A stretch of 64,000 nucleotides of DNA from Eledone cirrhosa (Eukaryota). Below are positions 43,625 through 62,408 of the stretch, one piece after another. Both the position numbers and the translations under genes were made by a program. The stretch spans positions 402,194,001 through 402,258,000 of the forward strand of contig OZ024740.1 in NCBI GenBank assembly GCA_964016885.1. The letters are read 5' to 3'. Every line of letters begins with the position of its first letter. Position 1 is the stretch's first letter. The notes under the pieces were generated by a model that saw only the letters and a list, made by a program, of their open reading frames with translations, made no database searches and was not told where the DNA came from.

Positions 43625-46600
43625 AACTAACAGTGCTGCGATCGAATGTGGCTTTTTAGCCCAGCCAATGATCTAAAATGTCTTGCACAGAGTCTCGGCA
43701 ACCAAAACATTCACTGGGAATAGTCGGCTGTGGTTGGAGTTCGTGTACTTTTGCATGTCGCTTGAGCCCTCCTGCTGATTTACATTCTCTACCACATGTT
43801 TGGCAAGCATGATGAGTAGCATCTCCAACAGCAGCCTGGTAGTCAACCACTGGTCTTACTTTATGACTGCGAAGATGACTTTCGAGTCCAGCTTTGATTA
43901 GGTAGAGTCTCGCACAGACGCTGCATGTCAGCACCATAGGAGGACCCTCGCCGTCTGGAAGTGCAACAGCAATGCCCTTCCTCACGTCCCGCTTTACTTT
44001 CTCGTGTGTGATTCGAGATGCCTCAAAGGCAACTTTTCCCTCATATACAGTCTTTCTCCATTTATTACGATCAGCAGCAATATTTTCCCATGTATCAGCA
44101 GAGATGTTAGCGTCTTTCAGAGAGGATTTCAAGGAATCCTTATACCTCTTTTTTGGTTTATGTGGCGGTCGTTTTCCTTTAACCAACTCTCCATAGAAGA
44201 GTTGTTTTGGTATTCTTGAATCCTTCATCCTGGCAAGGTGACCACTCCAACGGAGTCGTTGCTTAAGCACAAGAGTCACACATAGAGCTTTCCAAAATCT
44301 CGACATCACTGATGTGGTCCCTCCAGTGAACGCCATGGATCCGTCTGAGACACATCTAATGGAAACGCTCCAATTGCTTAAGGTGGCATCGATATGTGAC
44401 CCAGGTCTCGCAGGCATAAAGAAGACAAGAGAGTACACGTGCCCTGTACACCTTTACCTTTGTCCTCCTGCATATGTCTCGCCGACCCCAGAGTCGCCTT
44501 TCTAGCTTTCCGAAAGCATCACTTGCTTTCCTAATCCTAAGTGAGATTTCACTGTCAAGGTTGCCGCATCGATTGACAGTGCTTCCCAGGTAGACAAACT
44601 GATCAACCACTCCAAGTCGTTTGCCATACACATAGATGTTTGGTTCAGTGTACTGCTTACTAGGGGCAGGTTGGTACATGACGACGGTTTTCTTGAGACT
44701 GACAGTCAAACCCAGGGCAGTGCAAGCGTCAGAAAATGCATTCAAAATGTGCTGCATATCACTCTCTGTGTGCGCTACAAGATCGCAATAATCTGCATAC
44801 AAGAGGTCTCTTATGACTGATGTAAATACTTTTGTCTTCGCAGCAAAGCGCCTGATGTTAAATATGCTGCCTGAGGTTCGATATCGGATGTAAACACCAT
44901 GCTCGCAATTCCTGAATGCAATACAAAAAACCATTGCAAAGTATATGGCAAACAGGGTCGGTGCTGGAATATCCCCCTGTTTCACTCCATTTTTTACTGA
45001 GATAGGCTCCGACATGTTACCTCCGACATTAACTCAAGCCTTCATGTCGTCATGGTAAGACCTAACTAAAGCAAGGAACTTATCAGGGCAACCAAGTTTC
45101 TGGAGAACCTTCCATAATGCATCTCTGTTGACAGTAGCGAAAGCCTTTGTCAGATCGACAAAAACCTGATACAGATCCAAGCCTTGTTCAATGCACTTCT
45201 CCTGGAGCTGTCTAGCTGAGAAGATCATATCAGTAGTGCCGCGTCCAGCACGAAAACCAGATTGACTTTCAGGAAGGACACAATCTGCAATGTGTGTCAG
45301 CAGACAGTCCAGAAGCACCCTACATAAAACTTTCCCTACGACAGAAAGCAATGATATACCTCTGTAGTTCTCACAATCATTCTTGTTACCCTTTCCCTTG
45401 TACAAGACCACCATTACTGCATCTCTCCAGTCCTCAGGCACGGATTCATTAGTCCATATCCTTCCAAACAAAGAGTGAAGATGTTGCAGGAGTCTCTCAC
45501 CACCATATTGTAGGAGCTCAGCATGTATGCCATCCATACCTGGAGATGTTCCACTGTTCAGCTTCGAACTAGCCACTGCAACCTCCACAAGCGTCGGAGG
45601 TTCTGCGAGAGCTACTTTCACAGGACTTTCCGGAATGAGATTGAGGAAATCTTCACTGACGACAGACGGCTGATTCAAAAGATCATCAAAGTGCTCTCGC
45701 CACCTTCGTAGAATTCCCTGTGAGTCACGAAGAAGTTCTTTGCCATCCTTGCTGCGAATCGGTGTCACCAGAGAAGAAGACGGTCCATAAACCTCACGCA
45801 AGAGACTGTACAACAGCTTTGTTTTATTGCAATCAGACGCAGTTTGTATCTCACCAGCCTTCTCACTCCACCACTGATCCTTCATCTGAGAAAGACTCCG
45901 CCTAACACGTGATTTTACATCCCTGCGCTCCTCATGCATCGTATTTCTGTCATGTGGTTTTGCCGTCAAGTAGCGTGACAGAGCACGCCTCTTATCAGCC
46001 AACAAGTCTTCTATATGTACATCATTCTCATTAAACCAGTCCTGATGTTTTCTCTGCACCAATCCCAGAACACGTCTGCCTACATCATAAACCGACTTTT
46101 TAAGGGTCGGCCAATCCTCACCAAGATCTGCAGCCTGCATCTCTTCTTCCAATGTCCTCTTCACATTTTTATCCTTAAGACGAGCAGCATTCAATCTTTT
46201 GGGCAGGGTAACACCAGGAGCCCGGATTTTACGTTTGGTGATTAGATTCACTTTTGCGCGTACCAGGCGGTGGTCCGTCCAACACTCAGCTCCACGAAGA
46301 ACACGAACACACTGCACATCCTGTCTGTCACGCATCCTGACTAGGACGTAGTCCAAAAGATGCCATTCCTTAGATGCAGGATGCATCCATGTGGTCTTGA
46401 ATTTGTTCTTTTGTTGGAACATGGTGCTGGTAACACACAGAACCATCTCCTCACACATCTGCAGCAAGAGCATACCATTGCTGTTACACTTTCCCACCCC
46501 ATGCCTTCCGATTACATTCCATGTGTTAAAATCCCTACCCACTCTAGCATTAAAGTCGCCAAGCACGATGACTTTGTCTGCCTGAGGGATATTTCTTAGA

Positions 46601-47100
46601 ACACCTTTCAAGGCATGGTAAAAGGACAGTTTTTCTTCATCGACAGAATTCATAGTTGGAGCATACACACTCACCAGGGTAGCATATCTTCCCTTGTCCA
46701 GCGGAACTCTCATGGACATAAGACGCTCACTAATCCCTACTGGGAATTCTTCTAATTTATTCACAAGTACAGTCTTAACAGCAAATCCTACCCCAGTCTC
46801 TCTTCTAGTTCCTTCATCTCTTCCTTTCCGGAAGAATGTATATTCTCCACAAAATTCCGTAAGATAACCATCTCCAGCTAACCTCGTCTCAGATAAAGCC
46901 ACGATGTCAAGATCGTAACGTCGAAGCTCCTTTGCAACAAGAGCGGTCCTTCGTTCAGGACGCTCCAAAGAATCCCTGTCAAGCAGCGTCCGTACGTTCC
47001 AGCAGCCAAGACTAAATGCCCTGTTTGGCTCTATTACAATGGCACGATGACGGGCGGGCCCAGGTTGTGATAACTTGGGGCCCCTGCCCTTATTGCCAAT
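43625..47100 (-). mobile_element. RTE-clade LINE, nearly full length, pseudogenised (APE, RT and C-terminal C2H2 fingers)
   Basis: WNVRTLLD, VALSETRL, GDFNARVG, LLDYVL and WTDH (APE). YRGISLL, QSGFR, FVDLTKAF, GVKQGD, LYADY and YLG (RT). Stop at 45034 and a frame break near 44360. Confidence 0.95.
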
Positions 47101-47249
47101 GATCTTTTTTGTTCCAGAACCTAAATTGGCAATTATCTCGTTTACATTGTTCTGGAACATCATTGAATTGGAAAAAAAAAAAAAAAAGTAATAATAATAG
47201 TAATAATAATAATAATAATAATAATAGTACACTATTAATAATTATTAAT

Positions 47250-51460
<4,211 letters not shown>

Positions 51461-51475
51461 CATACATACACACAA

Positions 51476-51805
51476 CGAGTATGGCCATTGCACAATATAA
51501 TATTATTAATAATTATCAATTAATTCTACCGTCCAATGCTTGTGCGTGAATATTGTTTTAAAGTGAGGAAAGACTGTGCACTGAGCCAATCCCACTCTCT
51601 AAGCGACAGTAGCTATAACCCGAGAAGAAGAAAAGATCAACATCATCGGTAACTACTGAGCCACAGGTTTTATTTCGGAGTCATCCCAGATTCCTGAGTT
51701 GCCTTCTCCTAGAAGAATGCCCTGACAAAGGCTAGGGGTCCTTCACTCCCAGTGGTTTAACTGCACGATCGGGTATTCAGCCCGATTATTTCTATTTCCC
51801 TGCGC
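51476..51805 (-). mobile_element. RTE-derived non-autonomous element
   Basis: Homologous to 47250-47528, plus the 3' motif GTGCAATGGCCATACTCG adjacent to a CATA tract. Confidence 0.7.
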
Positions 51806-51828
51806 ATATACATACACATGCATACAGG

Positions 51829-52119
51829 TAGGGCTTGTTTCAGGGGGGTACAAGGAACAAGCCAAACCACCCACCCACCACCACCACCACAACCACCACC
51901 ACTACACATTTTCAAACATCTATATTTTATCTACTTGTTTATTTGATATAATAAATTCTTTTAAAGCTTATTGTTTTATATCTGAACTTCATTTGAATAT
52001 ATAAAATTTAATTAGCGTAAAATTTTACGGGAAAGGCACCATAAGCAATTTATGCTCCTTTAAGAATCAACAAATGTTGGTTTGTGCCCCTCACATTTTT
52101 CAGGCAAACGAGGCCCCTG
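51829..52119. mobile_element. Possible decayed MITE
   Basis: Imperfect terminal inverted repeats TAGGGCTTGTTT and AAACGAGGCCCCTG. No clear TSD. Confidence 0.3.
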
Positions 52120-52551
52120 CATAGACGTATATACATATATACAGATACATACATGCATACATAAATATGTCACATATATCTCCGTATCTGTTAAGAATGC
52201 CAGACAGCTGTTTTAATATTCGTTAATCTCTTTTGTATGAGATTCATTCAATCGGTCGTGAGATGAAAATAGACAAGAGCCTGTATAGATGTTCTTATTG
52301 AGCTATTGCGGTAGATGATCATTTCTATATAGCAGATAGAAAACTCCGTGAAAGTGGCACTGAATACAATTGTATCTTTCATTCATTCCTTCTTTCTATC
52401 TCTTCCAGTCTCTGTCAGAGCGTGTCTTTCATTCTCCAGACCGGAACAGCCCCACTTCACTCCTCCCACTTATTTCTAGCTTCCAAAACTATCACAAATA
52501 TTTCTTCTATTTCATTCACTTACTTTCTCTCTAACATTCCATCTCCTCCCT

Positions 52552-52587
<36 letters not shown>

Positions 52588-52600
52588 CACTCTCTCTCTC

Positions 52601-52666
<66 letters not shown>

Positions 52667-52710
52667 ACTCTCTCTCTCCCTCACACACACACACACACAC
52701 ACATACACGA

Positions 52711-52745
<35 letters not shown>

Positions 52746-53125
52746 CACTCTCTCTCTCACTGACACACACACACACACACCACTCTCTCTCTCACACACA
52801 CACACACTCACACACACCTCTCTCTCTCTCACTGACAACCACACACACACACACCACTCTCTCTCTCTCTCTGACACACACATACAAACACACACACCAC
52901 TGTCTCTCTCACACACACATACACTCACACACACATACACCTCTCTCTCTCTCTCACACACACACACCACTCTCTCTCTCTCACTGACACACACACACAC
53001 ACACACACCTCTCTCTCTCTCTCTCTCTCACTGACACACACACACACACACATCACTCTCTCTCTCTCACTGACACACACACACACACACCTCTCTCTCT
53101 CTCTCACTGACACACACACACACAC

Positions 53126-53156
<31 letters not shown>

Positions 53157-53212
53157 TCACACACACATACACCTCTCTCTCTCTCACACACACACACTCA
53201 CACACACATACA

Positions 53213-53261
<49 letters not shown>

Positions 53262-53406
53262 ACTCTATCTCTCTCTCACTGACACACACACACATCACTC
53301 TCTCTCTCTCACTGACACACACACACACACACACATCACTCTCTCTCACTGACACACACACACACACACACATCACTCTCTCTCTCTCACTGACACACAC
53401 ACACAC
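52552..53406. repeat. Compound (CT)n(CA)n satellite with recurring CACTGACAC junctions
   Basis: Directly visible alternating blocks of about 30-40 bp. Confidence 0.9.
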
Positions 53407-53840
53407 GCAATCAATAATATGTATTTTCCATTACCATCTTTATATGTCGTCAATAGACTTTATATTTCCCACACTATTTCCTCCACTACATCTCTTCCTC
53501 TATCACTCACTTTTATTTATTTTCTTCTTACCGACTTTTCATTTCTTTTCCATACAAGACCTAGTTGTTCCTTATATACTTTCTTAACATGCCGTCCATC
53601 TGACCAAGTCACACTGTCCACAGGTGGCCGTGACAAGTGGACAGCGAAGGCTAGTTAATAACCATTGAAGCAAGACTTCGCACAACGTGGATGCAGAGGC
53701 TGCCGGAGTAAATTGACTAGCATCATGATGAACTACAATAAAAAAAATCATTTCTTTATATCAGCATTTGTTATCGTATATAGGCGGCACAGAAACAAAC
53801 TCACAGGCACACACGGCACACATACATACACACACACATG

Positions 53841-54140
53841 GTGGCTGCCAACTCGTTTTCGAGTACGGCCACTATTTTATATCCATGTAGGAGAACCCCT
53901 ACCGATGCGCTGAACAAGTGTGACTTTTTAGTCCAGCTAGCGACTTGAAAACTCTGGTACAAACACTACACTTGTGACAATTACTGACACATATTGCTGG
54001 GGCCATGGTACCATGTGATGACAAGTGCAGAGAGATCTCCAGATATAAAGCAATGCCTGTGCCGTGAAGATTTTATAGTAAGCAAAGGCACTGCACAAAG
54101 CAAGTCCCGCTCTCTTAACCAAGATGATATTTACCAAAAA
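53841..54140 (-). mobile_element. Second copy of the RTE-derived element at 41888-42344 (5'-truncated)
   Basis: High identity to 41888-42186. Confidence 0.8.
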
Positions 54141-54173
54141 GAAAAACACACATACATACATACATACATACAT

Positions 54174-54204
<31 letters not shown>

Positions 54205-54548
54205 TATGCATGCACATACAAACACACACACGCAAGCATACATACACACACACACAAACACACACACAGACACATAACACACGCACGCACAGATACACAC
54301 ATGTACACACTCAAACACACACACATACACACTCATTTCACACACACACACGCATACGCACACACACACACACGCACACGCACTCATACACATACGTACA
54401 CACGTACACACACACACACGCATGTACATATGCACAGACGTACACACGTAAACGTACACACGTACACGTACACCCGTACACGTACACAAATACACACACA
54501 CTTTCACACACACACACATAGACACACGCATACGCGCACACACACACA

Positions 54549-54594
<46 letters not shown>

Positions 54595-54699
54595 AAATAA
54601 AATAAATGACAACCCCAAATCCTCTAATTACAAATGGTTCCCTAATTTGAGGTCTGCACCCCACCCCCACCCCCCAAAAATAATAAAACAATAATTTTA

Positions 54700-54820
54700 G
54701 ATTTAGGCACAAGGCCAGCAATTTTGAGGAAGGGGACGTCAATTAATTCGACTCCAGTGAATTACGGATGATTTATTTATCTACCCCGTAAAGATGAAAG
54801 TCAAAGGTAACCTCGGCGGG
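54700..54820 (-). mobile_element. Diverged partial Meta-domain SINE
   Basis: TTTAGGCACAAGGCCAGCAATTTT..CCCCGTAAAGATGAAAGTCAAAGGTAACCTCGGCGGGA. Confidence 0.65.
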
Positions 54821-55699
54821 AGGTTATAATAATAGTAATAATAAGTCGGACGAAACACTATAAATCTTTTGAGACCCACACGATTCACCGCCAGTGCAAA
54901 CACATACCAGCACCAGTAACAGATTCGGTGGCTCTGTCACACAATTGCACAAATGCTTACAAGTTCCACTACACACTCACACACACTTTACATGCCTGCT
55001 CACCTCCCCACGAGGATAAGCACTCCCCTTTTTCCTATTTTTTAAATGATTTTCAATCTATCTTCCTTTAGCATAACATCTCTCCCTTCCATTAATCATT
55101 CCTGATGAAGAACAAACCTCCATTACCTTCTTTTTACACTTTTCCCACAAAAGTGAAACTAATAAGTTATTGTTAATTGTTCTACGCTTTATATAGAGTT
55201 TGTTGACGTAACCAAGCTGATGTAGATGGATCTCCACACTCGACCTGTATATTTGGAGAATACATGCGATCATCCCGCTTGCATAACTTGGGCTGATGTC
55301 GATTTATTCATTCATTGTATCACTATTAATCTCAGCTGGCCGGCCTGATCGAGGTGCATTTTGAAGCGAAAAAATGAATAACTTCCCGCACACACGTTCT
55401 GTACACAACACATATTTTCGTGTATGTCTCTGCCGCTTTATTGTTGTTGTTTTTTTATAATACAAGTAGTATGTGGTGTCGATAATCTTCGTTTTGCTTC
55501 TCCATTTTCAGGAAGATCCAAATCAAACAAGATATAACCTGTTTCATCACAAGTTCGCATTGAACTACGTTGAATTGTGAAGTACCTAACGAGTAAGGAA
55601 GGATGCGCAAGACACAGGCTAAAATTAGCTACTTAATAGAATACTTGGTGAGAGTGTCGATAAAGACCAATCGGGTTTTTTTGACCAACCCAATATATG

Positions 55700-55763
<64 letters not shown>

Positions 55764-55948
55764 TAAGGAAAAGAGTTGATCTTTAGATCGAATGAAGGAA
55801 ATAATTTGTTCATTGGTTTTTCCATTGGTGATATTATACGACACACCACCTCGTCTAGGAATCAAACCCATTAGATCCCTAAGCACTAGCCTTCACATAA
55901 GTACATACATATTCATATATATATATATACATCTAGTAAAAGAATAAT

Positions 55949-56037
<89 letters not shown>

Positions 56038-56145
56038 AGTATTATTCTTTTACTAGATGTATTTTATCTCAATGCAATCATAGGATCATGCAGAGAAGGT
56101 ATATATTAAGTACCATGAAGTTATAAGGAGTGAATATATACATAC

Positions 56146-56196
<51 letters not shown>

Positions 56197-56740
56197 GACG
56201 CGCGCGCGCGTGTGCGTGTGTATTCTAGTGCTTCACTTTAGCTTATAGACACGTAGTAATACGCCTAATAACTTCGATTTCACAATGGGATCCAGTGATT
56301 CAGCCTAAGTTACTTATCTTTCTCGTCTATACTTACTGAGAAAAATTAGCAAGGATATCCCGGTAGATAAAATTTCCAAACACTCCTTCCAGCGGGTCCG
56401 GTCAAAAGCAACTGTATCCAGCAGATCCGGCAAAATCCCCAAGTGAGTCCAGACAATCATGGCTGTTATCTAATCCTGAGATATTCTGTTATCTTGCTCG
56501 GATGTATACCCCTGGATTTCTTGACGGTTGGTTTTGTACGTAAAATCTGTCCAGCGATTCTCTCCTGAGATATTCTTACCATCTCTCAATTCGGAGAAGT
56601 AGCAGCTCTACCTTGTGTGACTCTCTGATCCTCGGGCTACTCATTCTATCGAGAGATTCCTCCGAAGGGTCTTTGGATATATAAATATAAATATAAATAT
56701 ATATATATAACAGTGTTATATATATATTAACCACAGTTAA

Positions 56741-56961
56741 CCCTTTAGCATTCATATTCCTCTATATTTACTATAGTATTTCCACAGAAAAGTCATTATT
56801 TTACATAATTATTTCACATAATATCGAATCCACAAGATTTTGATATTATTTATTTTGAGAGCAATACCTTAGCATCACTATAAGCTGTCGGTTACAAACG
56901 GTTTGAACAGAAGAAGGTGAGAGAATTCTGGCCGGATATGGCCGGTTTAAACGCTAAAGGG
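56741..56961. mobile_element. piggyBac-type MITE
   Basis: TTAA|CCCTTTAGCATT ... AACGCTAAAGGG|TA. 12-bp TIR with one mismatch. The left TTAA is intact and the right one is degraded. Confidence 0.7.
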
Positions 56962-57923
56962 TACGTCAGTAGAAAATAAACATGTATTTTGTATAGAAAT
57001 AATTTGTACTAGTATGAAATCATCAGGAATATACAAATGATTTTATACGAACGACACATTTCTAGTCCTATCGAAGTAATTTCTATATAAAATATATATA
57101 CATGTCTATGCTTGCTTATGTTTGCATGCACACTGCTAAATAAAGAGTCATAGAAATTGAGCCTGACGTTTGCAGAAAGATCGAAATTTAGATTGATAGA
57201 CAGCCAGATAGATGAACAGATTGATTGATTGAGATATTATATTAATCTAAATAGATGAGAAAGCAATAAATAAAAGTGAATGGTCAGTTGGCTTTTTAAC
57301 TGGTTGGCTGGTGGAATATTATTTGTCGTCTTTGTGACTTTATATGGTTACGCTTTCTCGTTTTAGTCGATCAGTTATGGATATTCAATTCTTAGGAAGA
57401 CTTACTCTGACTCTAGCACGTTAGTACAAACTGCTTCTACCAATATTTATTCAATAAGAAATTAGCGGTGTGCACCCCATGTAATATTTGTGGGATACGA
57501 TATAGCGACTCACTTGACAGGTAAAGCAAAAATCTGTGTATTGTGTACTCCAAAAGGAACCATCTGCACAAAACGTTATTAAAAAATAACGATTTCATGC
57601 CAGTCTCATCGTTTACATTGAGTCGTTTCTATCGATAGTTTGACTCCTAAATTGCTTAGCCTTGTCAATCTATCTTTTATTTAATTTTACATTAGTGTGA
57701 TTATCCTGTAAAGACAAACAAAAGAAGATGTGGGTAATTGAGCACTATGTTATGTCCTCTCAGAATTCTCTAAATTATTTCTTGTTTTTGTTGTAGTTGT
57801 TTCTGTTCTTATACCCAACAATAAAACATATTATTCTGGCTTAAAATTGATGGGCTATAGATGGTATATCTATTTATTTTTGTAGCAGGTTACCTAAATT
57901 CAATCAAGTGCACACCCTATCAT

Positions 57924-58096
<173 letters not shown>

Positions 58097-58428
58097 TGTG
58101 TGTCTGTGTGAGGTGAGTGAGAGAGTGGGGGAGAAGATAAATAAAATGGAAAGATTGATTTGGAGTTAGATACAGTGATACAATTTTCACGCTTGAAATT
58201 TAAAACTGCCAAACTGAGTCTGATAAATACTATATTAATTTACAATAAGACAGATCATGATGTCCACGGTATATCTATTGCTATTTTATAGCTAATAACT
58301 CTTTATAATATTTCCTGAAGAAAAATATGCAATTTGGACATGGTCCATAAAGCAGGTTTTCGAATCAATTTCATTTATGTCACTGTTATGAATTAACATA
58401 ACACTACCCATAAAAGTGCACATTCTAA

Positions 58429-59990
58429 GTATGATTTAAGTTATAATATAGTATAATTTAAGTTATAATATAGTATAATTTAAGTTATAATATAGTATAA
58501 TTTAAGTTATAATATAGTATAATTTAAGTTATAATATAGTATAATTTAAGTTATAATATAGTATAATTTAAGTTATAATATGGTATGATTTAAGTGATAA
58601 TATAGTATAATTTAAGTTATAATATAGTATAATTTAAGTTATAATATGATTTAAGTTATAATATAGTATAATTTAAGTTATAATATAGTATGATTTAAGT
58701 TATAATATAGTATAATTCAAGTTATAATATAGTATAATTTAAGTTATAATATAGTATAATTTAAGTTATAATATAGTATGATTTAAGTTATAATATAGTA
58801 TAATTTAAGTTATAATATAGTATAATTTAAGTTATAATATAGTATGATTTAAGTTATAATATAGTATCATTTAAGTTATAATATAGTATAATTTAAGTTA
58901 TAATATAGTATAATTTAAGTTATAATATAGTATAATTCAAGTTATAATATAGTATAATTTAAGTTATAATATAGTATAATTTAAGATATAATATAGTATA
59001 ATTTAAGTTATAATATAGTATAATTTAAGTTATAATATAGTATAATTTAAGTTATAATATAGTATAATTTAAGTTATAATATAGTATAATTCAAGTTATA
59101 ATATAGTATAATTTAAGTTATAGTATAGTATGATTTAAGTTATAATATATTATAATTTAAGTTATAATATAGTATAATTTAAGTTATAATATAGTATAAT
59201 TTAAGTTATTATATAGTATAATTCAAGTTATAATATAGTATAATTTAAGTTATAATATAGTATAATTCAAGTTATAATATAGTATAATTTAAGTTATAAT
59301 ATAGTATGATTTAAGTTATAATATAGTATAATTTAAGTTATAATATAGTATAATTTATGTTATAATATAGTATAATTTAAGTTATAATATAGTATAATTT
59401 AAGTTATAATATAGTATAATTCAAGTTATAATATAGTATAATTTAAGTTATAATATAGTATTATTCAAGTTATAATATAGTATAATTCAAGTTATAATAG
59501 AGTATAATTTAAGTTATAATATAGTATAATTTAAGTTATAATATAGTATAATTTAAGTTATTATATAGTATAATTTAAGTAATAATATAGTATAATTCAA
59601 GTTATAATATAGTATAATTCAAGTTATAATAGAGTATAATTTAAATTATAATATAGTATAATTTATGTTATAATATAGTATAATTTAAGTTATAATATAG
59701 TATAATTTAAGTTATAATATAGTATAATTTAAGTTATAATATAGTATAATTTAAGTTATAATATAGTATAATTCAAGTTATAATATAGTATAATTTAAGT
59801 TATAATATAGTATAATTTAATTTATAAGTATAATTCATGTTATAATATATATATATATATATATTTATATATATGTATATATATATATATAATTTAAGTT
59901 ATAACATATATATATATATAATTTAAGTTATAATATATATATATATAATTTATGTTATATATATATATAATTTATGTTATATATATATAA
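58429..59990. repeat. 22-bp minisatellite (GTATAATTTAAGTTATAATATA)n, about 63 copies, decaying into (TA)n
   Basis: The period of 22 was counted directly. The regular array runs to ~59820, with degenerate units to ~59990. Confidence 0.95.
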
Positions 59991-60581
59991 ATCTTGAGGG
60001 ATATAGTTTTAATTAATGAAAAACAGACGCACTCTACCTATAATTGTTTCTACTTTTGGCACAAGCCAAATATCCAGTACATTACTGGTATTTTATCTTA
60101 TCGACTTCGTACAACCTATAATAATGTTGCTTGCATTTAATAATATTCTCTTCACACAGAAAGTACTCTTGGTTAATTTGTCAATATCAGAATGCTAATT
60201 TGGGTAATTATTCGAGAGAAAGTTTATTAGTCGTTCAAATATCTAGCTAGCCCGTAATTGGGAAAATATTTGTTTTGGAGGTGCAATATTTGTGACAAAG
60301 ATGAGATTCACTCTTCTTCCTTTCATGTTAAATATTTCTGATTTCATTGTTGGTCAAATACAATTTTGGGAGTCTTCTCTATTCTCTCTCTGAAAAATAA
60401 GTTTTCACTAACACATGACGTGTTGCACATTGGGGTTATAATTTCAAATAATTTAAAATTACTTACGGCTTACCTATGTTATCCAGCAATTCAATGAAAT
60501 CTGTCTCATTCACATTCTCTCTCTCCTACTCCCTTTTTCACTTTCTCAATACGTATACATATACATATCTGTATATATCTC

Positions 60582-60658
<77 letters not shown>

Positions 60659-60681
60659 ACATATATTTATATGTATATCTG

Positions 60682-60741
<60 letters not shown>

Positions 60742-60787
60742 CATACATATATATATATATATACATATATGTATATATTTATACATA

Positions 60788-60844
<57 letters not shown>

Positions 60845-60859
60845 CAAGTAAGTATGTTT

Positions 60860-60893
<34 letters not shown>

Positions 60894-60939
60894 AATTCTT
60901 CCTCTCCTCTCTCGTTCTCTCTCTCTTCTCTCTCTCCTT

Positions 60940-60974
<35 letters not shown>

Positions 60975-61680
60975 GAGAGAAAGAGAGATAGAAAGGGTGG
61001 GGGTTGAGAGAAAGAGACAGATAGACATACAGAAAGAAAGAGGAGAGAAAGAATGAGATTATTCATATGTAAATATGCACATATATCTTCAAACATACAA
61101 TTCTCTACTTCTCCCAGAGACAAACAATCGAGTTTCGTGAAGTGTGGGGGTAGGGTATAAAAATTACACGGATCGTTGAGAAATAGAGAAAGCAGGAAAA
61201 AATGGCGTAAGGAAATAGAAGCAAAAGAGAGACAGATGAAGACAGAGAGTTATAGATTTTACCTCTAATAATACCCAGTAACTATGATAACATGGTAAAA
61301 CATGATAACTTTATTATATGTTTCATTATATTTTCAAATTCTTATTTGAATATTTATTTATCAAATAATTAAAATCCGCTAGGATATTCGATTGATAATC
61401 ACCAATGCGAAAAGTATTTTATTCTAAGATAAGCTTCTCAATGTGATTTTCAATAGGTTTTAAAAAAAGTTTATGTATTTCTACATTTATTGTTTTATTC
61501 ATTGATATATATAATTATGTTTTCAATTATATTTTATTTTTCTCGGCGGTGAAGTATGTTTCGTAGGGTGGTGTTTATGAAAGTATTAAGTTTGGCAGTA
61601 TCTTGTGAAATCATTAATACATGTACGGGTGTGAGGTGTGTGAGTGTATACATACACACACACACATATATACACACACA

Positions 61681-61761
<81 letters not shown>

Positions 61762-61832
61762 ATGTATATGTTTGTACGTGTGTGTATGTATATGCATATA
61801 TGTGCGTATTTGTATGTATATGCCTAAACACA

Positions 61833-61866
<34 letters not shown>

Positions 61867-61873
61867 TATATAT

Positions 61874-61956
<83 letters not shown>

Positions 61957-62408
61957 CACACACATGTATTATATATATATGCGACAGTGTGTGATTATAT
62001 ATTAGGATTGGATTGCTTGCCAACGACGTTTCCCTATCAATAATCGGATAACCGCTTTCTTGCAATTCCAAAATATTGCTGTTTGAATACTTACTCATAT
62101 GAGTAGATATGTGACTATATTACCGGCTTCGACGTTTTTCTGTGTGAGTATGTATCTCTATCTGAATAGTATGTGTAATTGTTCTCCTCCACATATATGT
62201 TCTCTGTATTTTGTATACATAATGAATTTGATTAAGGAAACATGACACAGACATGCAAACGCCCATACAAATACACACACATACACACATATATATCTAT
62301 CTATCTCTCTATATATATACATATATATATATATATACATATATAAGTATGTACACGTACATACATATATGTATACAGACACACAGTAGTATGTATATAT
62401 ATATATAC

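Noticed and set aside
47100-47232. N-terminal extension (MYYYY..FFFF) of the 732-aa ORF
   Set aside because: It is read-through of flanking (TAA)n and poly-A. The real RTE ORF begins further downstream.
55102-55125. Isolated CTGATGA
   Set aside because: No stem II or GAAA follows, so it is expected by chance.
56340-56670. GC-richer segment, possibly a LINE ORF1 remnant
   Set aside because: There is no recognisable motif in any frame, so it was left unannotated.
58429-59830. CRISPR-like array
   Set aside because: The units are head-to-tail with no unique spacers, the context is eukaryotic, and there are no cas genes.
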